NCBI GenBank assembly: GCA_965235115.1
Contig: OZ249445.1
Coordinates: 6,882,001 to 6,946,000 of the forward strand
Length of the DNA: 64,000 nt
Reading direction: 5' to 3'
From: Laetmonice hystrix
Lineage: Eukaryota
Position 1 is the stretch's first letter; the number at the start of each line of letters is the position of its first letter. Shown piece by piece: positions 12,800 through 23,899 of the stretch. The translations under genes and the position numbers were made by a program. A model generated the notes under the pieces. The model did no database searches and was not told the DNA's origin. It saw nothing but the letters and a program-made list of their open reading frames with translations.

Positions 12800-14400
12800 T
12801 TCTAATATAGTCAATAAACACATGTGTATCAGATTCTACTCTATGTGAATATATTACCATATTGATGAGTACTAAGGACAAGTTATGAGTTGATTGGTGC
12901 AGAGATAGAGGAACCTTCTCCTGGCTAGAACTGGTTAGAATCTATGTCGGGTATGAAGACAGCTCCTATCGTCAGACGGGGAGTGTGGGAAAGATACTGT
13001 TGCTGGCTTGGTTGGCTGCCTGGTAACGATAACGTCCCTAGTGACGTGGGGTGACGCTGGTATCCTCAACTGTCGATAACTGAGGCCGTCAAACTGTGGC
13101 TAACTTCACCGTCACACCCACAACAATCATGTACGGATACACGTACACACGTCATGTCTAACGGTCCGAGGTGGCAAACTGGTTCTGTTCTAACTGAGGC
13201 GGACTCATACAGTGTAGTGTCTACACAGAACCCAACCAGTCAAACTGATCAATGATTTTCTACAACTTGCACCAAATGCTCAAGCATCTTTGGATAAAAG
13301 GATCAAAGGTTCAAGCAGTACCGGTATCTGATCTCAACCACAAAAATTGCGATCGGCAGACGAGATCACGATCATAGACATCATGGGAGCATTCTTGTCG
13401 GATACGACTCTAGGTGTGGTCTGAGGCTAGAGAAAACACCAACTTATCAACTGACAAGGCCTTTGGAGCGCCACCCGCTCATGAACAGATTTTCCATTCC
13501 TTTCCCTACCAAAGTTATACTCTTTGTCCCGGAAGGTAAACGACTGCAGTCAGTTGAGAATGTACCAGTAGTAGCAAACTGTTCATTGTCTGCCCGCCTC
13601 CGTCTGGCCGCCGTGTACAGACAGTGGCTGGGGGTGAGTGGTTGGTAATCTAGCAGCTGTCAGCCTGACTCACACCCAGTCTGGTGGACCATGGTAGGTC
13701 CTGGGATGATCTACGGGAGTGGGAAGCCAGGACTGTCCCCGCCTGGGGTCCTACATCTGTAACTCCTCACCTACAAGTCGGTAAATGGGACAGTTGCATA
13801 CCTACAACGTCCCAAAGTAGACAAAAATACTAATGCCTGGCGGGTCCAGGCATCTCAAGGTACAATGCTGACTGGACATCAAACCTCGAATTTCCCTAAT
13901 CGAATTCTCAAAGACCTTCTTTATTTCTCTCTTTTACGATATTCTAACTTCTCAGCCTGCTGCTTCAAGGTTTCCAGGACTTCTGATCCCTTTTTTCTTG
14001 TTGGTCTTCTTCCTTCTTTTGTTCTGCTAAGTTAGAGGTTCTTTCATTATCTGGCCAAGGGGGCTGGGGTTATAGTCGTCGTTTTCCTCGCGATTTTCCA
14101 TGGATTAGGGTTAGGCTCAATCTGACCTTGGCGACGACCTTGGGGATTGTCCATTGAGATTTTTCTATTAGCTCCTCGCGGACGTAAGGTGAGGAGGGAG
14201 CACATGACACAGATCTGGCACCAGGGGACGATGTTATCACCTGACCCCTTGGCTACAGCCTCAGGATCTCTATCTAATATCTTCAAGATCCCTCACCTGC
14301 TTTCTTATCACCTTTCTTATCGCTGCCCTCAATCATCCAGGGATCATCTGCCATGCTGAAATCTTAGCGCAAACGTAATCATATCCTTTTCTTTCAATTA
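12800..14400 (-). mobile_element. Decayed DIRS/Ngaro element (gag-like region and RT)
   Basis: Minus strand MSMIVISSADRNF..DQIPVLL..KDA*AFGAS..SLISLTGWVL (cf. MAKxDIxSAFR..D..LLG..D..LPFG..F..W); charged gag-like frame at 13900-14400. Confidence 0.4.
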
Positions 14401-14749
14401 GCTTGATGCAATGTCCGAAAAAAAGTATAAGGCAGTTATGATCGAGTCGTACAAATAGTTGCTTGCTCTAAATGGCAGTCAGCTAACAAGGGAGATGGTT
14501 CCAGGGCTGAGCTCAGTGAGCGACCTTGGCGGCAAGCTCGAGTACTAGAGCTTCATTCCAGGGGAGGTGTGAAAAACGGCTGACTCACATCGGTTTAATA
14601 CACCCGAGGATCCACTCTGGCTGCATTCCCACCTGGGCCCTACGGTAAGCCTTGGGCTTATCTCAACTCACAGTCTCTACCATGGCACGGAGGTCTCTCT
14701 CCGGTTAGTCTTTGTTAAAGGTATTCCTGCTGTCAGTGAGGGCTGGGAG

Positions 14750-16750
14750 GTTCTGGTAACAATTAATATACCACAACCCTGCATGCTCACAGTACATGTC
14801 GTGTCATTGGAAATGGTATGGAACAGAACCCACTCTTGCCAAACATCGATGTTATTAAACGTTTGGTTAGCTGGTTAAGGCAGCGTTCCTGAACTCTACA
14901 CGAGTCGAACCTCCTGATACCTTGAGATGGTGACACTGCCATACAGACATGTACGTACGGTACTTAGAGTACGTTATGCATTAAACCCAGACACCCTCCT
15001 CATAGATCTATCGGTCTGGTTAAGTATAACCTCGAGTGGTATCCCTCATAGAATGGTGGTCAGACCCACCTGTCAAAGAGTCCAATAATCCGACCCAGGT
15101 ATAATTATAGACCACCTCGATGAGGTGTACGGTGGAGAGGTCGGCCAGTTAAACCGACTGCTGCACGGTATGTCCTACTGTACCAGTCATTTCTTTGATC
15201 AATTATGTTTAATAAATTCCACATTCTTTCCATGGTTGCCTTTCACACACTTTCCCATCACTTAATACTGATTTTATAGTTTAGCGTCATTCGTTACTGT
15301 TTAAGTAATGTTCCCGCTTTGTAAAATAAATGCACCCATTGACCTTGGTTCCGACTCCAGTACACCCTTCTCGTCAGACTTTACCTCCATCATCATTTCA
15401 TCCCCATTAAATATAAATCCCAAATTCAGAACTCTACGTGTTCTAAGTGAGTGAACTTTTGATATATGCCATTTGAAGTCAAACATCAGTAGGGTGTATG
15501 CATAACGTTATGCATGCTGATCAGACATCATACCTACGCTCATATACATCTGAATTTGTCTACATTAAATATCTTAATTGGTTATTGCAGCCATGTTTCT
15601 AAATGTCTGATCAATTCTGATCCCCCAGTGTGCAGGTTGCCCATAGCGTGGCTTGAATCAGGCCGAGCCTGACACTGATACGAGTACCATGCCGCTATAC
15701 GTACTCAACATATTCTCCTCTCACTTAGTGTCACAACATTTCACCGACCACACACCCTTTCTCTTCATTAGACTACCAGTACCAGCGAATCCTTTAAAAA
15801 AAATTCTTTCACTACATTTGTTCTTTTGGTGCCTATATTACTAGAGCATAAGTAATAACCTATATACCTGACAGAAATATCTTGGAAGTACTGCTACTAT
15901 AATCGCAGATAGGATAACTTTATGAAAAACAGAGTCCCTGCAGCTGCCAAGGTTATATTCCTGGTAGGACGTAGGCAAACCGACGGATGGCAAGCTGCCA
16001 TATAGATTAGCCACTTTTTAGCCAAGAAGTTCACGCCTTCCTGCTCCTTTTCTCCCCTTAGCGCAATCTCCAGCTAATTCTGACTGTCAAAAAAACATAA
16101 CGTTGATCTTTGAGAGCAATCAACGTCAATCACGTGCCGCAGAAAGAAAATAAGGCGACACCAGAATGTGGGTTAGTTTGACTAAATGAGTGTGAGTAGT
16201 ACTGGGGCCGTTATATAACGGCCCCAGTACTACTAGTGTGTCTAGGTCTGTGCCGCCAAGGTGCAAAATACTGACAGGATAACAAACCGAAGGTATTACA
16301 CATTATGGAAGTACTAATCATTAAATAACAATCTGCTCCCCTGGAATACATGACGAACGACCAGGTAATTTAGATTGACAAGTATAACTAGTTCATTAAC
16401 TTTGTGCAAGAGTTCAGGGGATCGGAATTAACCCTTGTTCATCTAGGCGTACTTATATAGCAATTCACTTCTTAAGTCAATGGACAGTTTTACGTTATGA
16501 AGAAAAGTTGTAATAAAATGTTCCTTGCATTTATACCAAACTACACATCTACCATTTTCACAGTTTTATTGTTAATATCGCAAAAACAATACCCAAAAAA
16601 CCAAGTGTGTCGAGTGTTTCTGGCCATCCTCATCGAACCAAACTGGAAACAACTAGTGAGATGAAGAAGAAAAAAATGTCTGTGCAAGCAGAGGCAGAAG
16701 TACCAGTAGCCCGAGGCTACCCTCAAAATGAAGTCACCGTGGAGATGAGG
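14750..16750 (-). mobile_element. Decayed CR1-type LINE, RT and C-terminus
   Basis: Minus strand LETWLQ*PIKIFNVDKF (15550-15600, cf. WxxxWxxxFNxxKC), FKWHISKV..LGFIF..VLE (ORF 15301-15486), YEE and STR near 14880-14990 (cf. YEERL, TRG). Confidence 0.55.
16195..16234. mobile_element. Perfect 40-bp palindrome AGTAGTACTGGGGCCGTTAT/ATAACGGCCCCAGTACTACT flanked by 6-bp direct repeat AGTGTG; minimal Polinton/Maverick-like insertion
   Basis: Palindrome checked base by base; AGTGTG at 16189-16194 and 16235-16240. Termini and TSD length match Polinton features; the family call is inference. Confidence 0.6.
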
Positions 16751-17299
16751 CGTCCATCGAGCGATAGTGCCTGGCGGTGGTCGGAACGCTCCGGGCCCGG
16801 CCGCTCGGCCCGGCGCCAGGAGGTTGGCGGCCGGATACTGGGATCAATGCTCCATCTGCCTGATTGACCCCGCCACTCGCCCCAACACCTCCACCGACCG
16901 CCGCTCGGCCCTGATCAATAGACGAGACAAGCTCACACGGCTCTCATCTCGCGGCTCAATGATCTCACCAACCTTTACCCACCTCCCAATTAACGCCAAA
17001 TTCAAACACTCGCCTCATCGCTACTTCTTAGAAATGAGCCTATCTGATCGAAACAGCCGCCTTCCGTTAAACTCCACAACAGTTTGCACATAATTTACAG
17101 GTTTGTTTAAAGAAAGGGTCAATTAGCGCCTTTGATATAGGCTACTTGTATTCTCTTGTTCTCCTTGGAACTCGTTCACCAGGAAACGAACCTCTGGATT
17201 CATCTGGTCTTAGTGATCACCTTCTCAACAAGGACAGGTCAATAACCCCGCTATTTTCCACTGGGTACTGAACTGAAAACATTTGGACTTTAAAAAACA

Positions 17300-18050
17300 A
17301 AAAGACTTGATCTTTATGTGGCAGAGACCTACACTTTTGTAAGCCTTGCCACTGGCTCTTTTTCAAACGTTTCTCGTAATCTCCTGGCAAATCTGCAGTG
17401 CGTGTAAATTAACCAGACCTTCACGCAAGTTGTAAAACTGTCTTTGGATGAATTCAACAGGATGGTACAAATATTTGTTTGAAAGACAAAAGGCAACCTT
17501 TGCTGACTGATGTTTGTGTAAAATAATAACACAGTGACGTATCAACAGATAAGGGTTACTTGTAGGTTCGAGAACATGCCACTCACGCACTCCATGTCAC
17601 AACCGTATTTAAGAACAGTGCTTAGATTCAATCCCAGGGAATTCAATTGTCTAAATGCTCAAAAACTACTCCGCAATGGATACATTCGTATCCAATTAAA
17701 ATCTATCGCCAACACTTGATCCATGAAGAATCCAATTTACCGTTATCAAGGAATATTCCGACTCGATCCATCCTCATTTATCTTTCCATGAATCATTCCG
17801 CTGTTTCACAACACTATAAAACAGTAAGGTACCTATCTATGACAAAAGTAGATTACTATTTTAACAACACTCCAATTGAATCGTTGAAAAACATTCCTTA
17901 TACTGGTTCTCGTTGTTAACAATCAGAACTAGTTGTAATAAGTAGGAAGTCAATTTTATTCCAACATGATCACAATTGAGTGAGGATTGAGGCGACAACC
18001 TAATGAATAGAATAACTCTGTATTCGAATTCAGCCTTTTGTTTGCACAAT
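17300..18050 (-). mobile_element. Decayed hAT transposase (ZMYM1-like type)
   Basis: Minus strand DRF*L..V.IAE, SLGLNLSTVLKYGCDMECVSGMFSNLQ (cf. LGLxxxxxRGQxYDGAxxMSG..G+Q) and RHCVIILH (cf. VHCxxHxLN). Confidence 0.5.
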
Positions 18051-18599
18051 ACACGCATTTCAGGCACACTTCTAGTATTCAGATATCTTCTTCATGATAT
18101 CAAAACGACGTTATGTACCGCACACCCTCCTACCGTACACGGCGTGGGATCACCTGGACGTTAATTAGTACACTGACTCATCAATTAGTGAGTGACCTCA
18201 AGTTTTAGAGTTCTATCTCAGTATTCTTCAGGTCGCTGTCTCTGTGACCGTCACAGGTATACACCACCGTTCTCCGCCCCCCCCCCCCCCCCCACACACA
18301 CACTCCCAGGTAGGCGCTACATCTTGGACCACGCCCATACATACACCCCACCCACACCCTTGTACTGGCCACAGTCAAAGGTGTCCAACGCACAGAAAAA
18401 CAGAGTTGAATTCCCTCAATCCAGGAAAGGGAAACCAATATCCAAACACAACTGTATCTTTTGTTGCTAGTTTGGGGTGAATGTGGTTTATATACAAGTA
18501 ATTGAGCACCTATAACTGATCTTAACCAGTGTCGCGAAGGGCAGCGTAAGTGGTTTCATCGACCTTCCTGGAACTTGTTCCGGGCCAAGTCGACTGAAA

Positions 18600-19350
18600 T
18601 ATACGACTCGTGGTATCTGGTGGAAACACGAGGACTGGGGGCATAGCGCAGAAAATGTATTCACTGATTGGTAACGCTAGATCATAATGTGGGCAGTGGA
18701 TCAAAGTACCTTGTGACTGGAGTCGCACACGCTACTATAAATCACCCTGTTCTACGTAAGTGGGTGGTCATGATTACGTGCGTGTTTCTACAGTCTCCGT
18801 TAGAATACACATGTGTGTCATCCTACCATAAATCAGTTTACTATATCTGCGGTAATGCTACCAGTGACCACCATGATGGAGTACCTTGCCGTCAGTGGCC
18901 AGGTGATGGGGTACAACTCGTCTCACCGTACTCTAATAACCTCTAAACTTTCTAACCTTCTCCACGTCCCAGCAAACCAGATGGTAGCTCTGCTAACCGC
19001 ATGCAGTCCTCCCCTCTCACACCAACTCATCTGTACCCGAACATCACTCCTTGACAAACCAACAGTCAAATTAATGGGCCCTACCCATGTTTTATAAACA
19101 CAGCTTGGATAGACTTCCGGGCCCTTTAATTCCTTGTCACTTTTTGAACGTTGATGGACACTTCCCAGTGGCAGATAATCATTACTACCACGGCACCGAG
19201 ATATCTGCTGCCATTATCTTCATTTCGTGGCTCCCTTTTTCGCCAGCTCTTCACTCCAGTCAAGGGTGTGAAAAACTTGTGCCCATCTGCCATACTCAGA
19301 GACAGTTTTCTGATTCAACCACAAACTTATGACAAGTAGTTAAACACGCA
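18600..19350 (-). mobile_element. DIRS/Ngaro RNase H region relic
   Basis: One minus frame reads IWFAGTWRRLESLEVIRVR*DELYPI (18905-18982), then ADIVN and *RYQSVNTFSALCP (cf. LSRFQxxxFxxLAP). Confidence 0.65.
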
Positions 19351-20499
19351 CTTCCTTGAGTACTTCAGACTGGTGATCTGACGTTTGGGTTTAAGTATGT
19401 TTGGGTGGAAGTTGTCCATCATGTTTATTTAAAGGAAATGGACACTTGTCATTGACAGACCATGATGGTATTTTGGAGAGAGCAGATGGGTCGTTTCTCA
19501 GTCCCCTGTCATTCACCCAACTACTGAGACTAAAATATAGAATTACCGTTTTTACAATGGCAGTAACTAGGCTACATTTTGAATGGTTTTGTATATGATA
19601 AACATTAAACGCCGTTCGTTGAAACACGTGGGATTCAGCAATGATATTAATATACAATGAACCGACATACGCTCTCAGCCATTAGCCATGATTTGTAATA
19701 CTTACGGTACTTAAATTCAATCAGCATAAGTAACAGTCAAGCATTATTTTCAATGCCACACACTCAAGAAGCTAGATCAAGATGTTCTTGAGAGAAAAAT
19801 CTAAATTTAATTGATGAGACTGATGTTAGTTCCTTTTCGAAATGCAAATCTCATTAGAGTTTGTCAGTGCGGAGGACAAAGGCTTGTGGAGGCCAGTTAC
19901 GAACAGCACAACTCATTAGGATGTTTTCAATGAACTTCATTTGTTGCTGAGACCAAAGACGTACAGTCTACCACTCATCCGTATCGATTTTTTTCATACA
20001 ATCCCGACCTACCACAGCGTACATCTGAAAATATTATATTTTGTCTCTGCTGTAACGTTTAATCTCGAGATGTAAGCGCTTCGTCCGGGAGGCGGGTGTT
20101 CTGAATGGCCTAGAGGTTCTATATTACCACGATACGTTCAGTATACCTTGCTATATAAATACACGTCTCCATCCACGTCCAGCGAGGGAGGTTTTGAACA
20201 CTGTCCTGTGAGCATGATTAAACTATGCGTGTACCACACCAATTCCTTTCTACCCTTCACTCCTGTCACATGATTCTTACAGACACGCTGTCTCAGAGAG
20301 AACACCTTAATCTGACCCTCTTCACTCGCCCCAATCTCCCTCCTCTGTGCGGTTAATGCAATAGATTATCTTCTAAATCCAGTCTGGAGGTGTGTGGACT
20401 AATCTCTAGCAGCAGTGATTACTGTCATGATCCCTGCCGATCAACCCATGTATTAGGCTCCCTGCAGACGGCCTACCCTGGGGCCGAGTTTTTTTTCTC

Positions 20500-21250
20500 T
20501 GATCCCTGCGGTGTCTGGATCCCCTGACAGCGGCGCTCTGTCCTCAGTGGATCCCATCATTCTAATGGTCTCTAACGATGTAAATATTACACAACTGGGA
20601 CTCTTAACAAAATAAAGCACGTAAAAAATTATCCTCTTTGACAAGATTAATTCTCAGTTAATTACAAATCAGACAATGACAGCTACATAATTGTGAAGTG
20701 TAAAATTTCTTGAGGATTTTTTTTATTTAAAGTGACTTCAATTATAAGGTTGAGTGCGTAGCTGCACTTCAGTTTTGTCTTTCATGAAAAACATCAACAT
20801 TTTAATTTTTAACATTTCCAATTGTTCTGGTTATGTAACAGGGAAAGTTCTCTGTAGGAGACCGGGAGACAGTTGAGTTTTAACATAATTGCCGTCTGCT
20901 CTGGCCTCCCATTAACCACAAAGAAGCGAAATGATCATTTCTGGAATCAGGACTCAGTGCTACTAATTGCGAGAAGTTAACGTCATTGCTTTTAGTTCTT
21001 ATACTTCTAGTTCTACACGGCGTGATGAGAAAACAACGTGTAGAAAGATCAATTATATTACTTAAACACGCAGTGCCATTCCTGCTCACACATCGGTGGA
21101 ACCAAATATCTACCTTTCCTTCCCCATGCATATCAATTAAATAGCTTCGCGGCTTCAGAATGGTTGCGACAGACACCAGACCAACTTTAGGAGGAGTGAC
21201 ACCTGATCGGGATAAACATGTTGAGACCTTGGCGAAGTTTTGAAAGTGGA
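20500..21250 (-). mobile_element. Possible LINE endonuclease C-terminus and linker relic
   Basis: Minus strand SNIIDL..T, RNDH (cf. NxLDL, SDH) and KRIIFYVLYFVKS (cf. KxFWxYxKS). Confidence 0.33.
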
Positions 21251-21374
21251 GAGAGACGGACCAGTGCGACACGTGGTGAAGGAGCACCTGTCGCCCCACC
21301 TACCCGCCCCACCCCCGGGCCGCGTCTCGCTCTCACCTCCTCCAGTTCCACCCGTTTGATCATCTACCCGCCCC

Positions 21375-22706
21375 CTCTGATCTAACCCCTCCACAAACCT
21401 TCAGCCAGCCCTTACAGTTAGTGGAGAATCACTCCCTGAACATCTCGCTAACTCTGATCTAACCTCTCCACAAACCTTCAGCCAGCCCTTACAGTTAGTG
21501 GACAATCACTCCCTGAACATCTCGCTAACTCTGATCTAACCCCTCCACAAACCTTCAGCCAGCCCTTACAGTTAGTGGAGAATCACTGCCAGAACACCTC
21601 GCTAACTCTGATCTAACCTCCCCACAAACCTTCAGCCAGCCCTTACAGTTAGTGGACAATCACTCCCTGAACATCTCGCTAACTCTGATCTAACCTCTCC
21701 ACAAACCTTCACCCAGCCCTTACAGTTAGTGGACAATCACTCCCTGTACATCTCGCTAACTCTGATCTAACCTCTCCACAAACCTTCAGCCAGCCCTTAC
21801 AGTTAGTGGACAATCACTCCCTGAACATCTCGCTAACTCTGATCTAACCTCTCCACAAACCTTCACCCAGCCCTTACAGTTAGTGGACAATCACTCCCTG
21901 AACATCTCGCTAACTCTGATCTAACCTCTCCACAAACCTTCAGCCAGCCCTTACAGTTAGTGGAGAATCACTGCCAGAACACCTCGCTAACTCTGATCTA
22001 ACCTCTCCACAACCTTCACCCAGCCCTTACAGTTAGTGGACAATCATTCCCTGAACACCTCGCTAACTCTGATCTAACCCCTCCACAAACCTTCAGCCAG
22101 CCCTTACAGTTAGTGGAGAATCACTGCCAGAACACCTCGCTAACTCTGATCTAACCTCTCCACAAACCTTCACCCAGCCCTTACAGTTAGTGGAGAATCA
22201 CTGCCTGAACATCTCGCTAACTCTGATCTAACCCCTCCACAAACCTTCACCCAGCCCTTACAGTTAGTGGACAATCACTCCCTGAACATCTTGCTAACTC
22301 TGATCTAACCTCTCCACAAACCGTCAACCAACCCTTACAGTTAGTGGACAATCATTCCCTGAACACCTCGCTAACTCTGATCTAACCCCTCCACAAACCT
22401 TCAGGCAACCCTTACAGTTAGTGGACAATCACTGCCAGAACACCTCGCTAACTCTGATCTAACCTCTCCACAAACCTTCACCCAGCCCTTACAGTTAGTG
22501 GACAATCATTCCCTGAACACCTCGCTAACTCTGATCTAACCCCTCCACAAACCTTCAGGCAACCCTTACAGTTAGTGGACAATCACTGCCTGAACATCTC
22601 GCTAACTCTGATCTAACCTCTCCACAAACCTTCACCCAGCCCTTACAGTTAGTGGAGAATCACTCCCTGAACACCTCGCGAACTCTGATCTAACATCTCC
22701 ACAAAT
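21375..22706. repeat. Minisatellite, 77-bp unit, 17 full copies plus one partial
   Basis: ctctgatctaacc recurs at 21375, 21452, 21529, 21606 ... 22606, 22683. Confidence 0.98.
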
Positions 22707-22899
22707 CTTATAACAGACTTGCAAATAGCTAAATAATTATCTCCTTGACTATCTCTATTGTACGATTACAAAAAAAGGTTATGGACTATTCTTGCGAGTT
22801 TTTATCATAACGCGCCAGAAAGTACCTTTTTCGACACTCTCTTGTTGAAATCCTAAAATACACATATTTTAGAGTATCGCTTGACTCTCGGGATAACGT

Positions 22900-23450
22900 C
22901 TGATGTTATGATCAGACAGTTCCACCACACATACAGCCCTCCTCTACACCGGGCAGTAGCCATCTCCACCGTGAGGACATTCCAGTTTCAAAGCCCTATT
23001 TTGACAGTAATATCTAAGCAATATTACACTCTCACGAAGAGGCGTATAAAATATAAATGATTAATTTGAAAGTTAGATTCTTTAATTAAATTCATATCGA
23101 TTATATTTTTTCACCTAATGACCATTAGGTCCGAACCATGATTGATTTATTTTCCTACCAACAGAATTCACTCTGACAAATCGAACTGTACTTTACTCTC
23201 CACATATTCTAGATACTTGTTGTGTATACTCAACCATACAGCAACACTTCCTACCCGTAATCTCACAAGGTGTTTCAGCGTTTACATGATCAGTTCCAAC
23301 ATTTATTGGTTGTGCACTGAGTGACCTCACACATGGCAGACACTACAAACCAAACAGGTGGGGTTCCTGTTCTCAATTTTGGTAAGTCGAGGTGATTTCA
23401 GACAGAAATAGGAACCCATAAATATTCTGGGACTCTCCTCCGAAGGTTTG
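22900..23450 (-). mobile_element. Possible LINE AP-endonuclease relic
   Basis: Minus strand GSVAVW (cf. GGVxxY), LDIT, ELSDHN (cf. SDH). Confidence 0.28.
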
Positions 23451-23899
23451 AGGTCAGAATCTCTCACAATTCTTCCCTGACATGCTCATAAAATGTCTGC
23501 TCTAACAGGTTTTATGACTAGTTTGAAGTGCCTAGATCCAAGAAGTTATGCTAGCTTCACGGATCTCTACAAACACATGAAACTTTGACGGCATCGTTCG
23601 TTATATTTACGTTTAACACCAAAACGGTGTTTCTCAATGTTCAAATTCAAGGTTAATTCATAACGCTGTGCCTCCCTCCACTCCCAGTCCCGTTGGGGCC
23701 CAGGATATAATAGGTCCTTTTCATTATATGGTCTTTTTGCTCTGTTTTCGTCGTGAAGATGGCCCTAGATACCGACACGGCGTAAAACCACCATTACTCA
23801 CTCACTGCACTCTCTCAGTTTGTTACTGTCTGGGAGTGTTGGAGACGAGGGCGAGGGAGGTCGGGGAAGACCCTTCTCTCAGTTCTGACCCTCTGGCTG

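Noticed and set aside
14500-14960. tRNA-derived SINE-like A/B boxes on the + strand (gagctcagtgag; tagctggttaag...gagtcgaacc)
   Set aside because: The boxes are degenerate, no cloverleaf forms, and the second overlaps a better-explained minus-strand CR1 C-terminus.
16607-17093. CpG-rich ORFs on + as a possible host exon
   Set aside because: No domain similarity; it lies between minus-strand CR1 and hAT relics.
21375-22706. CRISPR-like appearance of regularly spaced repeats (also the 42-, 39-, 34-, 22- and 90-bp arrays)
   Set aside because: Units are contiguous with no unique spacers, there are no cas genes, and the context is eukaryotic; these are minisatellites.
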